Shown: positions 12,947 to 38,720, numbered from the stretch's first letter. The stretch is 64,000 nucleotides of DNA from Amoebidium appalachense (GCA_963693365.1 CAVNZM010000006.1:8311355-8375354), one strand, 5' to 3'. The notes: generated by a model from the sequence alone, not told the origin. Made by a program: numbers and translations.

Positions 12947-14705
12947 CGCAACGGTTGGTGGTTAATGGATGCATGTGGGTGTGCAAGAGAGGTGGGATGA
13001 GGGGGGCAAAAAAAGGAGGGGGGGGGGGGGGGGAGAAAGGGGGGGAGAAGAAATGCTGCGGGATTGAGGAAACCGAGTGTGTGTTTTGTGGGCCTTGCGT
13101 GTGTGTGTACCTGTGGTGTGTGTGTGTGTGTGTGTGTGTGTGGTTGCGTGTGTGCGTGCGAGCGTGCATGCACGAGTCACAGTCACATGTTTTCTCGTGA
13201 CTATCTGCCTAGTGGGTGTGTCTGTGTGTAGCACTCTAAAATGTGTGTGTACACATGTGGTTTTTTATTGGGTGTCACGGTGCATGTATCTGCGTGTCCG
13301 TCTCGATGTTTTTGTGTTTTTATGTGTGTGTGTTTGTGTGCGTACTATGATATCTTGAACAAGTTTAAAGGGAAACATCTAGCTTAGTAACATGACAAAC
13401 CACGGCAATGACGTGTGCGGCACACGCAGTGCGCCTACACAGTCGTTTTATCACTGATGCCCCTAGACATACATGCAGCGTACGGTAACTGGGATATTAA
13501 CCCATTACAGTAGTTCGGTTATGACCACCAATACTCCTGACAGCTTGATAGGATTGATTATATATGGTAAGTACTTGATTCGAGTGATTGGTCTGGGAAA
13601 TGCATTCCTGAGCCACGGCGACATGCCGGCTGTCGAAAGTATCCCGAGGCAGACCCGCTTGTGATTGGCTCCGTGACTCATATCCAGTGAGTACTAAAAT
13701 TTAGCAGCATGCCAAGCACGTCCTTTGGAAAACAATTACTGATAAACGAGAAATGGAATAGAGAGCAGCTAAAATAAAAAAACGCTTAAAAACACCTATA
13801 TTAACGCCTAATAAAGTTTATTTTAAACATCAATTTATCAGCAGGCGAAGTTTGTTAACGCCTTATTTAATAGATATACGTGTATTCAACAAACCGTTAT
13901 GATGCTGGTGAGGCATTGCGGCTTTTTATTCGTAGATTATCACGAATGTAGCATAAACTTATGCGGACGAGTGCAAGTCAAACAGCACTAGCTTTGAATC
14001 AGGTTTATGATTTTTCAGCTCACTAATAACTTCGATAGCGCATAAACTCTTTGATTTCGGAAAGCTTCAATACTGAAACTAATTTTTGAATGTTTGTGCT
14101 TTGGAAAAGGAGTTGCACAGCGTCCCGAATGTGAGAGAAAAGGTTTGTCATAGAGAGCACCTTGTAAACCCTCATAAATCACGAGTCTGGTTTCGGCGTT
14201 TACTAAGTTGAAGTTGGATGGTGTACAATGGTCTACTGTTTTTGACCCCAATATCTTGTCTTCAAAAGGGGGTAAAACGTTTTGAAGCCAATCAAATGTG
14301 TTGAAAGCAGCTCTTAAGCTTTTAATGGACAGATTTGAGTAATGCGATTGGGCGTGAGCGCATCACCTAAATGTGCCAATTTTGCCGCTTGCTACCGGGC
14401 TTACCATATTAGAGCTGCCTTGTCAAGCTGCCTGAGGTCATTTTCATTGCTTTAACACATGCACGTTCAGTTTGGCCTTTTGCCACATATGCGTTTCTCT
14501 TGTTGTCTAGTCAACCTTTAAAAACCAAGGAATCGCAAAGATCCGTGCACAATAATAATTAATGCATTTAAAATCAGAATTCCTCCCTGCATGTCTTAAA
14601 ACTTGCGCCATTGTATTGGTCTAGTACATATGTCTACACACCCTCACCATATCAACCATTTCACCAACACATACTTTTTCCCCTATGAATAACCATATAA
14701 GGCTA

Positions 14706-17518
<2,813 letters not shown>

Positions 17519-20011
17519 TTTCGTGAAAGGCTCTTGTGTTGGGAGAGTGTTGTGTATGACTGATAAAAAAAGTGAACGAAAAAAGTCGCTTGCATTCGGT
17601 TTTATACCCGAGTGGTTGCGTGCCTCAAACCTTGAGAACTAATTATATAGGACTTTATGGTCTGGTTTGCAATGTTTTGATTCGCTGCTATATATAGCTA
17701 AGATCCTGGGCGAGGTGACGTCACCCTGTGTGTTTTTCTGCCATGGGCCGGGCCCTTGGCCCGGGTACCATATCAGGAGCGGGCAATTTTTGAATTCTCC
17801 CTCCCCGGCCCCGCCGGGGAAAATTTGAGGTTTTTGGACCTCAAAGAAGTCAAATCCTGCAAAATCCACTACCGGGAGGCCAAAAAGGGTGATTTTACAA
17901 AAAAGGAGGGACATACATGAAAAAGAGAAAATGGGCGAGTTCAGTGGGCTGCCGATAAGTATATTTCGTGCTGGGCCGGTATACATGCTGCCGTGGTTGT
18001 TGCTGTAGACGGCAGTATGGCATCGCATGTGTCACGTGACCTGCACGTGAATGCGACCATGTGCAGGCACTGAGTCTAGGGGGATTTGTATGTGTGTTTT
18101 GGAGCACCGACAAGGCAGAGCCAGGGTGAGGGATGTGTAAACATGGAGTTTAGGGAGATCGTGCTGCTATTGTAACATGTGCACAAAACAGCCACGTGCA
18201 CCGGCACACTCCGGTGTACAGAACAATAATATGCACATGCGTCACTGTAATATCATGTATGCGCATGCCGCACAAGGTTTAGGAGACCACCACAGTATAT
18301 ACTATTTTCTTTTGGTTGATATCCATGTAGGAATGGTGTGTTGCAGTTGTCATGATCAGCCTGAGGCAGGCACGTGCACTCACTGAATCACTAGAACTCA
18401 TGAATAAAAAATACATTCGCTAAAAACGGCAAGGTAAATTTGGGGCCAAGCTATTATTTCCCCCTTTTAAACGTTTTTTTAGCTCCAAGAACTTCGACGC
18501 CAAAATTTCTATATTTGGCCATCGTATATGATAATGAACACGTGTACTTAAATTAAAGTAGTTATATAAATATGAGCGGCCCGTTACAAATACAGTGACG
18601 AAAAACAGTGACCCACGAGCAGTTTTTCTTTCTATCCCCCCCCCCCCCCCCCCCCCCCCCCCCCACCCCCCCCACACACACACACACACACACACCAGAC
18701 ACACACACCACCACCACGGTGACCACCACCACCACCACCACCACCACTCACCCCTTAAAAAAACCACACACATACGTGCACGTGTACACACACACACAGA
18801 ACACCACCACCACCTCCACTGGACCCCATTTCCTCGTTGTTTTCTTAAGCCTTCAGACCAGTCCTGCACACTGGAGTTAAACAATTGAATTCACCTAGGC
18901 TGACATGCATCCACCCCCGCCTTCCACTTCCCTCCCCCCACCCCCTCCCCCCACCCCCCCCCACCCCCACCCCCTCCCCCTCGATGAAGAAGGGCCCCCG
19001 TAAGCCTTGGGGGGGGGGGGGGGAGGGGGGGGGGGGGAGGGGAAGGGGGGAGCTCTTGAGCCTCCGGGTAGGGAAGTGGGGTCCGGGGATCCGGAGAGGA
19101 GGGGGGGGGGGGGGGGGGGGGGAAGGGGCATATAATATTGGGCCTAGATATCATAGTATGGGGCCCCGGGGGAGGGAGAGGTGGGGGGGGGAGGGGGGAG
19201 GATCCACGGGAAAGACCTTTAGGTGCATGTTCTTATTTATACCCCCTTCGAATCATCCCCCCTCTCCCCCCCCCCTCCCCCCCCCTGAGTGCAGGCCGTG
19301 ACGTAGCTACGATAACCCTGCAGAAGGCAACAAAAATGTATTAATTACTAGCACTATACATGTGTTCATAGTGCAGCTTGCACCACGTATGATCTCAGCA
19401 ACTTTAAAGTAGTCACAAAGTTTAGTTATTTTCATTATTTTCATTGCTCTGAACTCTATTACTCTGAAATGATCACCGTGCATGTGCCGCAAGATAACAA
19501 CCCTATATGTGTGCAGCTGCTGCCTGCAGGTTAGACTCGCTGAAAAGACAATTGTCAGTGTGCATCCGACGCTTGCAGCTGCAGCTAGCCTCTGCAACAT
19601 TAATACTTGCCAAGTGAATGCTCTTACACTTGATCATCATTCACTCAAAAAACCGAGGACCGACAGATTAAATATTAATGTCGATCCGAATGATCAGCAA
19701 GTGTCTATGCGTACTACTATATATACACACACGTAAAATGCGAAGCTATCAGTTACAAGGCACACCTGCTGCACTGGCACACATACACATACACACCGGC
19801 AGATCGATGCTGTCAAAATTTACTTTCATGTACTTCGTAGGTCCGACACAGGTGCACATGAACACGTACATATGTACAAGCCGCGCACACACCACACCAC
19901 ACATACACACACACACACACACACTCACACACACACACGCACACACGCACACACGCACACACGCACACACGCACGCACGCACGCACACACACACACACAC
20001 GCACGCACGCG

Positions 20012-20075
<64 letters not shown>

Positions 20076-20404
20076 GACACACACACACACACACACATCA
20101 CTGGGTGCGCTCGCTGGGGATTAGTTTTTTGGCACGCTGTTGACTTTATCGTGTGTTTATTATTTGCTATTTATTGGCCAGCGGCCAACATTTAAAAATA
20201 TACTATATACCTAAAAATAGATACTGACTACGGCCAGCAGACATTATACACCTTCCAGGACACATTAACACCAATAGTCTAACACACCATACTCTCGATC
20301 ACAAAGAATTCCTAACAAACAGAGAAAAGTGCAAAGGCTCTGTACTATTTATTACTCAGATTCTAAATTTTAATTCTTTACAGTAAACTTCGGAATGAAA
20401 GCTA

Positions 20405-20437
<33 letters not shown>

Positions 20438-20523
20438 CCCCTAACATGACTGTACGAAGAACAGGTATAACTTGAAGCACTACAACACATATGAGATCCG
20501 TTACATTGGTGTACATTCCAATA

Positions 20524-22191
20524 TTAGACACTAGTTTGGCTACTCTGACTACTCTGAGATCCTGATTGGCTGCCTGCAGACTTGCGGCCACGATTACTTT
20601 GCTTTCGATCGTGCCATTGCAGCTGCGTCTCTCCAGCAGGTGGCAACGCCAGGCCCAGCACAGCAGATGCACGAGAAGGGGGTGGGAACTGCCCACCAGC
20701 CGAGGGCTGGCCCACATGGCCCAAGTAAGGATGGGGACCGTGCTGCGGCAGTAGCCCAGGCATGGGGAAGGCAGGGCCGGGCTGAGGCGGCATGATGCCC
20801 CACGGTGGGGGCCAGCCATGTGGGTGGTGCGGGCCTGGATGGGGTGCAGGGGGCATGTGCGGCACATGGCCCTGCTGCATGTCAAGCGCGGGTGCTGGTG
20901 GCATGGCATCCTGATTGGCTGCAACCCAACGTGGGCAGCTCTTGGCCCGATTGGAGCCGGGGCAGCCCTTGCCCTGGCGGCCACACGTCTTGCAGGTCTT
21001 GGGGGCTCTCTGGGGTGGCTGCATAGGAGGGGGCACCGGCAAATCCATCTGCAGGGGCCCCTCAGGGCCAATGTTGCGATGCTTTTTGCCCACTAGCATG
21101 GGCAAGGGCCGCTCACGCTGCGCCCCTGCATCGACACCGTCTGGAACAGGGAGGGGTGGCAAGGGGGCAGGCCGTATGGTTGCTGGCACAGCGTCTGCCC
21201 TCTCCTCGCGCATACGCTTGCGGTGATCTGCCAGGCCCTCGTGTGTGGAGCGCTGTGCATGTGCCGTCTGCCAGGTCTTCCACTTGTCGAAATGCTTCTT
21301 GATGTAGGCCGCATCCTTCATGTAGATTCCCCCAGCCACAGAGGCAGCCTTGTTGAAGTCTTGGGCCAAAGCCTCGAACAGCTGGCCGTTGGGCTTTGCA
21401 TGTGCCTTGTAGGTGCCCAGGAGCAGCGTGCTGAATAGCTTGCGCTCCTGAGGGGTAAGCACCGGAAGGAAGGGGATGGCCACATGTTGCTTCTGCGCCA
21501 GGAACTTGTAGTCGCCCCTCAGTGCAGGGTCCGGCTGTGGTGCACCACGCGCCACCTGGTTGCCCCCCCCCATGGCAGCACCGTCACCCTCCTCGACCTC
21601 ACAGTCCTCTGGCCCGCCCATCACGCCATTGGCTGCAGGCTCGATGTTATCAGACGGAGGTGGGGGTGCGGGCACCGCAACTGGCTCCTGCGCCGGGGCA
21701 TTGGCCACACAGGAGAGCGGGGCAAAGTTGAAGTACTCCTCCGGTAGCTTGTAGCAGCCTACGGGTACCCACTGGGGGTCGAGGTGATGGCCGTACAGCA
21801 TCAGCGCCAGTGCCTCCATGTCGTCAACAATCCAGGGGCTGTAGTGGGGGGGCCCCGATGCCTGACCCAGGCGGTTGCGGTAGTGTGCACGCAGGTTGTG
21901 GCGGTGGCGCCTATTGGACATGGTGGCGTCCAGCAGGCGCAGCGACATGCGTGTGGCCCCAAAGTGGGTGGCCAGGGGGTTGTGCACTGCCCCCTCCACC
22001 TCGTTGGTGCCCCGGATGCAGCGGTAGCGCATGAGCCCATCTGCGTCGGCAGTGGTCTCGTAGTAGAGGGGCAGGCCGGGGGGGGTCCGACAGACAGCCA
22101 TTTTGGGCGTGTTCGAGCAGCGACTGTGGGGGCACAAGCAAACATCAGAGAGATGGGTGGGTGGTGGTGGTGGTAGTGTGTGTGTATGTGT

Positions 22192-22237
<46 letters not shown>

Positions 22238-22310
22238 TGGGGTTGCTAAGGAAAAAAACGAGCAGGGAAAGGCAAAAAACAACTGGCTAGGCAGCAAGGG
22301 CCGTGCGGGC

Positions 22311-22376
<66 letters not shown>

Positions 22377-22944
22377 ATGTTTGGGGGGGGGGGGGGGGGG
22401 GGGGGGGGGGAGGCTAGGGTGTGCGTGTGTGTGCAGATGAACCAAGGATGACAAATAAGCGAAGAATCTTTTCTGTGGTGGTGGAGTTGTTGGGCGCCTG
22501 CAGGGGGAGGGGGGGGGGGGGGGGGGGTTGTTGCCTCGAGTCTTTCAAAGCCATCCTTCTTGAACAGAGGCTTGCCATCCGGTCCGGGCGGCACATCCTT
22601 GTAGGTGTTTTTGAACTCCACCAGCCGCGAGACCAGCGTGTATGGGTCGGGAATAACCCGCCGGATGCGCTCCATGAAGTAGCTCAGGTCGCCGCCCTTG
22701 AGCTCGGTTTCAATGTCGATGCCCTTCTGCTCCAGCACCCCCTGTGAGGCAGGATGCCAATATTAATTTACTACGCACACTGCAATTTGGGTTTGGTAGA
22801 CTTTGATACCTGCCGTTATTGTAGGACCCCTCCCCTCCACCCCCCCCATCTTCTCCCCCAACACAAGTAAAAAATGCATGTGGCTATTTCCCCCCACAAC
22901 CCTACATTATTTCTCTCTAGGCATATGAATAACCCCCACTCTCC

Positions 22945-23007
<63 letters not shown>

Positions 23008-24053
23008 TTGCCCCCCCTCTCTCTGAGGCTCAGGCTCTCTCTCTTCCCTCAGAAGTTTTGTCGAAGGTGTGCATGGTTGTGGGTGGAATGGTGAGTGTGT
23101 GCTAACGAGTGTATGTGTGTGTGCGCGTCAGTCACGCATGTTGTTGTTGCCGTTTTTTTTATTTTTATTTTTTATTTTTTATTTTGGGGGGGGGGGGAGG
23201 GGGGGGGGCACCTTCACATGTCCGTAATCCTCTTCATTCCACACAAATATTGCCTCGCTGAGTGAGCGTGCGTACTCAGCCCTGCGGGGGTGTGACTTGT
23301 ACGTGCCGTCCGCCGTGTTTGCAATGGAGTGGAAGGCGTCATTCAGCACAGTCTGCCACACCACCTCCCCAGGCGGTGCCTGGCCCAACATGCCCTCTCT
23401 GGGAGCTGCCTCGGGTCCCCCTGGGGCTGCCTCAAGGCCCCCCGGGGCTGCCTGGGGGTCCTGGGGGGGTGCCTGTGGGCCGGCAAGGGGTTGCTGCTGC
23501 TCGGCAGGGGGAGGACTGGCAGGGGGAGGGGCTGGGTCAGGGACCACCGGCACCTCGGCACCTGGGTCCGGTGGGGGCTGAATGGGCCGTAGCCACTGCA
23601 GGTGCACCATCAGCTCAAAGGGCGGCGGGCCCAGCTCTCCCAGGGTCTTGCCCTTGTCGGGGCCAAAGGGCACCTGCATGGCCGGCGACAGCACCTGATC
23701 CACCCGCACCACTGCATGCTTCTTGCCCACCTTCATGCCCCCCCAGCGCTCCGGCTGCACAGCCAGCACCACCCCGGTGGCTGCTGCAGCATGTGGGCCC
23801 CGCCGGGGCACAATCTCAACCCCTTCACCGAGTGCCTTTGCATGAAGCCGCGCTGCATGTCATAGAGGGAAGCAAAAAACTCAGCCAAAAAGCCACAGCA
23901 CCAACGTTTTTCTCTTCGCTCCACAAAAATCAAATGCATATTCCTTAGCAACCCCCCTTCCCCCCCCCCCCCCCCCCCCCTTCTCCCCCTCCCCCCCCCC
24001 CCCTCTCCCAGTGCCCAGCTTGTGTGGCACTTGCACGTGTTAACAGTGCTATA

Positions 24054-24084
<31 letters not shown>

Positions 24085-25702
24085 CCACCACCACCACCAC
24101 CACCAATCACCCCCTCCTTTGATAGCCACCCGACACCCAGCATAACACAACTGGAACACTGGCCCATGTGGTCAGCCACCCCCCCCCCCCCCCCCCCCCC
24201 CCCTCCCCCTCCCCCCTCCCCTCCTCCTCTGGGGGGCCCACAATCTTTCTATATCTGGCATAAGCACATAAGCACTGGGGCAAAAAGCAGGTGGGATACA
24301 CACCTGACAGGTTTGGCCTATCGACCACGGCCGAGTAGACCTGCAGGGACGCATATGCATCAAGGGCAGCGTAGGTGGCCTGCACCTCTGATAGCGGCTC
24401 GTGCCAGTTGGAGCATCGAACAAGTGCCGGCTTGGGCAGCTTCTTGCCTATGACCTGGGCAGTGATGTCGGCCAAGCCCCGGGCCGCAGAGGTGATAGCT
24501 GCACGGGCATAGCAGAACCGGCCCAGCTCCAGATAGCTGGCCACAGGGGTGCCGTAGTCCTTGTTGAGGTGGGCCGAGTCCGTGCCGATCTGCTTGCCCA
24601 CCTTGATGATGCTGGGGTCCCTAAGCAGCGCAATCAGCTCGTCCACCAGCCGCGCGGGCGGGCTGTGGTTGGGGCCCATGCGTGCCAAGTGGAAGATGTA
24701 CACGGCCCGTGCGGTGGCAATCTGCAGCGTGCAAACCTTGGACCGCGCCTGGCCCACCCGATAGACCCACTCGCAGTCCAGCCCCACCACGCGGTGCTGC
24801 TGCCCCTCCAGGTCGGCACGAATGGCCGCTGTAGCCACCACCGCCCCCTGGCAGTCGGTGTACACCGGCTTAGGGTAGTTGGCCGGCAGCTCCAGCCCAG
24901 GCAGACCGTCCGTCACGCTTACCAGCGCAGCCTCGTTCAGACGGACGGGGCATTTTGGCCGGGCTAGGGTTGGAAACATGCGCTCAACAAACGCCCGGTC
25001 TTGGCAGCACCGATCTGTGTAGAAGAAGGCCGGGCCCTTGCTGTTGAGCGCCGCCGTGGTGGCAGAGATGCGCTGGATCACGGGCTCAATCTCCTGGTGG
25101 CTGCAGTCCCGTGTAAATACCTGCGCCCGGATCTCTGGGGTGCCGCACTGTGTGAGAGGGCATCTCCGAGCAGCCATGCATGTTCTAGCTTCCCTTACCA
25201 CATGGCCCTTCACGAGACTTCAGTGCCCACACAATCCTTTCCCCCTCCCTCCCCCCAAACCCATGTGCCCACATACTTTCCCCTCCCTCTCCCCCAAAAC
25301 CCTTCCCCCTCCTTCCCCCCAAACCCATGTGCCCACATACTTTCCCCAGGCCTCCCTTTCCCCCAAAATCTTCCCCCCCCCCCCTCCCCCCTAAACCCAT
25401 GTACCTACAATCCTTCCCCCTTCCTCCCCCTAAACCCTTGTGATCACAATCCTTTCCCCCTCTCTGCCTTCCCCCCAAACCCATGTGCCCACGATCCTTC
25501 CCCACTCCCCCTCCCCCCAAACCATGGGACAGCCCTCCATATGGCACCTACTGTCCCCCCCCCCCCCCCCCCCCACCCCACCCCGGGCCTCTTGCCCTCT
25601 CTACCTTCAACCCCGACGGTGGTGTCTCTCCCCCCCCCCCCCCCCCCCCCCTGCATCCCTTGCAATCACTGGCCCCTACTCCCATTCTGCTTGGCAGAAG
25701 CT

Positions 25703-25776
<74 letters not shown>

Positions 25777-26008
25777 ATTCCCCGCCAAAAGAAAGCTCCA
25801 CCCCAGCCCACCCCAATCTCTACCCAGCAAAAACACATACACACATATCTGGAGCTTCCTAGTTTTTGCTCGACAGGGCAAGAATTGTCCCCAAAACCCA
25901 CATACTACAAACCTCTACTCACAGTGTGCCACCTCATTAAATGTGGAGCCTAAGAGATTTAAAGGCCCTAGAGGGGGGAGGGGGGGGAGGGGGGGGAGGG
26001 GGGCGTGT

Positions 26009-26039
<31 letters not shown>

Positions 26040-26471
26040 GTGGGCGTGTGTGGGGGGGGGGGGGAGGGGGGAAGGGGGCCTGGGGGAGAGTGGGGGGAGG
26101 GGGGAGAAGAGGAGGGACCACACACCGCCAAGCTCGTTTACACAAGTCCATAGGCCTCGGTACAGAGGCTCCCCATTGATGCCGGTGAGCTTCCCAATTT
26201 GGAAGGTGTGGTCGGCCTTGAGCACGTTGTTTACGGGCTTGAGCTGCGTGTCCAGGCTCTGGTACTTTGCCGTGCGGTCGCTGAACTCAGTATACACGGC
26301 ACTCAGGTATTTGCCTGAACCCCAAGTACTGTTAGAACTCCACCACCCTCCCATCAGGACCATCCCCCCCATTCCCTCTAGTCCCTCGTGTTCATCTCAC
26401 CTCTCTGTATTTTCGTAAGTCTGTATGGCTTTTCCCATCTCAAAAACGCTACACACCCATCTCCGGCCGTT

Positions 26472-26511
<40 letters not shown>

Positions 26512-26695
26512 CCCCGCCTCCCGGCGCGCGCAAACCCTCCAAGTCATTGCACCAACTTTCACCTTCTTTCCCCTTTGTGCCCCATCTGCAGTTTGTCCCC
26601 TGCACGTCCGTTTGCCCTTCCCCCCACACCCTCCTGCCACTACTATAATAACCATTAAGTACCGCCACCAAGATCCAGTCTACCACCATGTGCCC

Positions 26696-26731
<36 letters not shown>

Positions 26732-26883
26732 CCTCTCCACCTCCTTTCCCCCAACACACACAGACACACATGCGCACACCCACCATCTAATTTCAGGCAT
26801 AACAGTTCTCCACGATTTCCCAAGCACACTCACTGGTACATGGACCGTTATGCTTTCACCCCTCTGATGATCCCTCTGCCCCC

Positions 26884-26916
<33 letters not shown>

Positions 26917-28424
26917 ACCACCACCACCACCACCACCACCATGACTGATTGCCACCACCACCACCTAATCCATCACCATGTCCCCCCTCCCCCTCCCCCC
27001 CCCCCCCCCTCCCCACACACACACACACACACACGGACCCACAAGTACACGCACACTCACAGGCGCACATCCACCACCACACATCCACCACCACCATAAT
27101 AGAAACTTATTGACCACACTTCCAAAACCCATTTCCAAGTCCCCCCCCCCCCCCTAAAAAAAAAATAAAAAATAATAAAACAAAACCCTACCAAGCCAAC
27201 CCAAAAAATGCCCAAGCACGTGCATACAAAACAATGGGGACCATTTACACACCCAAAATGCAGTGCACACTTGCCTGAAGGCACATGTCCAGCGTAACCA
27301 TTTTTGTCACCAAACGCCGAGAACTTAGCCGCCTGCTCCTCTGGGGGAAGTTCTGTCAGGCGCTGGTCGTGGGGGCGGAAATCGTTACGCTTTTTGAGTT
27401 CATACTTGGTCCAATGCAGCGCCCTCGAGTAATACAGGAGCCGCTGCTCGTCGTATCGCTGCTTGTGGAGCTCCGAGAGGAGGGTGGCAAAGGCGTTTGG
27501 GCCCACACCTTTGTCTGCCAGTGCACGCAACAATGTTACCACCTTTAGGTCGAGCCCACTGCGGTGGCTAAGGTAGGCCGGAAACTGATCACGCATGAAG
27601 AGTGGAAGGCGTTTAATTGTCTGGGGGTTTGTGCCGGCAAAGTTTTTTTTGCATGTGTCACAAAAGTACCGGGCCGTGATAATGTAGTAGCAGCTGTCAA
27701 AGTCGATAACACGCCGTCCTACGGGGTTGCTCATGAACCCATTGCGAGAAGTACGGTGTGGGTTGGGGTGGTTGTGGGGGTCCACGTAGTGATCATCGAA
27801 GGGGCACGGCACCATGAAACCGGGAGACAACCTTTCCGGAAGCCAGGCAAAACATCTGGGTTTGTAGAAAGGCGCTGGATCGCCCCCAAATTTAAAGCCT
27901 ATAATGGGAGGTGGAAGATGCCACCCCACAGGCGTCTTCTCATCTTTGAGACTCTCTTTCACTGTGTGCAGGTGCGACTTGATTGTTTCGCCCGCCGCGT
28001 CAGAAAACTCCTCTCCACCGTCATCCCCGTCCGTATTATCTTCTCCCTCTTCCTCCCCTTCATCCTCGTCTACCCGGTACGCATCTGCTGCTGCATTTAG
28101 CAAAGGTTCCTCGTCGGGTTGCACCTGTATGTCTGGTGGGTGTGGAGCAGGGGCCCGATCCATTTCTCTTGGTAACGAATGGACGCTACCTGCCTCAACT
28201 ACACGGGCCCTTATGTCGGCGGCCTTAGATAGAGGGGGCTGTTCGGGTTGTACGTTTACGTTTAGTTCCTGCAAAACAGCTTTGTTTGCCGTCCCAAAAC
28301 CTGCAAAGTTCGCTAAAGGCTGAACAAATGCAGCATCTTTTTTTTTGCGCCCAGCTCCCTCCCTAGCTCCGCCTGTTTTATGCCCAGGGCGCTGTGTTGT
28401 GCCCTTAGGGCAGCCTGGCTTCAT
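20524..28424 (-). CDS. Dada-like DDE transposase with inserted DEDDy (WRN/DnaQ-like) 3'-5' exonuclease; about 1540 aa, 6 exons
   Basis: Exons 28424-27275, 26314-26126, 25134-24304, 23852-23212, 22741-22535 and 22123-20524 join in phase, apart from a +1 shift in the G8 run at 22078-22085. Motifs: N-terminal Cys/His region, LKADHTF (D1), FYTDRCC (D2), exonuclease VGLDCEW...YAALDAY, LNDAFH (DxxH), RGTNEVEG (E). Confidence 0.85.
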
Positions 28425-28999
28425 TTTAAACACTTGGGGCCTGGCCCCCTGCCCCCCTAGTGCGACTACGTTACCGCAAACATTCCCGTATTCCAGTGTG
28501 CTCGGCAATGCTGCTCATGGCCTTCCCGGACTGGTTGTGACCAGTAAAGAGCGCGCCAATTCCTGACCGCCGCCTACAGCAGTGTATGATCTGTTATCCA
28601 TATTCGGCAAAAGGGGTCTTGCCCAACCAATGGCTTGAATCCTTGTAACTTTGCTTTATCCATATAAGGTTAGCTGAACACCCCCCCTCCAATCATACCC
28701 CCCCCTTCTCTCTAGTAGTAGCTCCTGGCATCCCGCACCCCCCGGGCCCGTTGATCATGATCAAAATTAATTATAAGGTGCACCAGACAAAACGAGTGAT
28801 CATAGAACATGTATATATCTCTATACTGATTTAATAGCTCTACTTTGCTATATGTAATATACATTCTACGTTGATAAGGTTTGTACACTTTTCAGGACAT
28901 CCTACACCTTTTTTGGCTTTGAATCCGTTGCACATCCAGCTATAGAAATACCCAACGTTTTTGTTGATACCAAAACATCAGCACCACAATCATCCAAAC

Positions 29000-36879
<7,880 letters not shown>

Positions 36880-37313
36880 GCCGTTGGCCCTACCCGACAC
36901 TTATAGTTGGATACAGAGATGGTTTTTGTTGGTGTTTTATTTGCAAATTTTGAATTTTGATTAACTTTTATGAGAATTTTAACAGCAGAAGGTTTAGTTT
37001 AGTTGTTGTTTTTTTTGCTTCATTCGTGCGACATGTGTGATGGTGGTGGTGGTGGTGGTGGTGTGTGAAAAAAAAAAAAGGAAGATTCAGATATCATGCA
37101 TGCTTTACTTAGATTTTGGTGGACCTGTTGACCAATCCTTGGACAAAGGGTAGAAACGAAAGGGCTGAAACAATCACTTAACCTAAAGGGAGGGCAGCAT
37201 TTAGACACAACTCAGGAGTTAATATTTGTTTTACTCACAATAAAAAACCGGAATATGGCAATGGGACGCAATTTCCCTAATTAGCCGTATACAGCTGTAT
37301 ACACTACACACGC

Positions 37314-37391
<78 letters not shown>

Positions 37392-37799
37392 GCACCCTTA
37401 AGCTTTTTATACCACTTCAATGGTCAATAGGGTTTCATTATTCCCGTTATTTTATTTTTAAAAAAATTGTACACCACTTGTCGTAAGTAAATTTAACAGT
37501 GGGATCATGTGCACATCCGACTCTTGCATTAGGGGTTTATGCACTTTGTATTGCTGCGGACATCGTCAGGGGCCCAGCCTCACTTGACGGCCTACTGCGT
37601 TTTCCAGCGCAGCCAATCAAATGCAGCTAGTGACTTATGTACACTGTATGCAATTAAACAACCCTAGTATAGATTATGGATAAGCAGAAGCTAGCATTGG
37701 TAGCTCCGAGAGAAAGTTAAGACACCGTATCACAATATAATACTGTGCAGCATTAATAAGGTGATCTAACACGGTCATTTTATAACGGGTAGATAGCTA

Positions 37800-38720
37800 A
37801 CAGGTCAAACTTATTGATAGATATGCATCCGCGAGTAAACCGCCCCCCACACATATTACACATACGAGCAGGAGACACCAAAAACGATTACAACGCCAAG
37901 ACATAATCATCTTTGCATATTTATACGACACAACATCATGAATAAACGAATCTATACAGGAGCGAGATTGTCTAATGTCTAACCATATCCGCCATATAGG
38001 CTACTAATAGTTGGTGTTTTTGCTGACCTAACACTGGGAGGGACTCGACACGTAAAGTAAAAAGGTATCTATCAGCCATAGACTTACAACTATTCATAGT
38101 CACACTATGGTCCAGCCGTACCTCCGGTGGAGTCGCCAGCCACTCCGCATATCGCTCGACAATGGGCAGAGACGATGTGGAAGGGAAGAGGTAGAGGCGG
38201 GGATGCGTGTAGCCGGAAGAGTGGATGGGTCGGGGCAATGGCGGATAGCCGGGTGATGTGCTCTTCAAATTTAAGGGCTAATTCGTGTATGCATTGTGAC
38301 GGTGGTGTGAGTGCGTGCGTATAAAGAATCGAAAAGGCGTCTAACTAGAAGTAGGTGTGGAAAAGGCCAGTAAGAAACGTACAACAAGTTGTGTAGTGGA
38401 AGTCATCTAGTGATTGGAGAACATTTGCAACGGTATCAGGGGTTGCCATAGCTAATAAAGGCAACCCGTACTCAGACAAAGGGCGAATAAAGGTGCGAAA
38501 TATACTAAGACGGTTGTGTAAGTGTACAACGTAGTAGAAAGATTAGCAAGATACACATCCCTAAATAAACGAAGACACCTGCCTGCACTCTCCACCCGAC
38601 GGTTCGACCATCCGTTTGAAACATATGCCCCACTCATCCACCGGAACCCCCAAATACTTATATTCGATTGGGCGAGGGAGGGGACTACCGAATATAAAAA
38701 CGTTGTCCCGTTGCGCTGGC
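37800..38720 (-). pseudogene. Degenerate non-LTR retrotransposon (LINE) ORF2 3' fragment
   Basis: Minus-strand EYKYLGVPV, RLSIFRTFIRPLSEYGL and terminal CNMCGGRFTRG; several stops and frameshifts. Confidence 0.7.

Noticed and set aside
18350-28765. TCATGATCA at about 18350 and 28755 as the TSD of the Dada-like element
   Set aside because: A 9-mer match is expected by chance given the search range, and no terminal feature supports it
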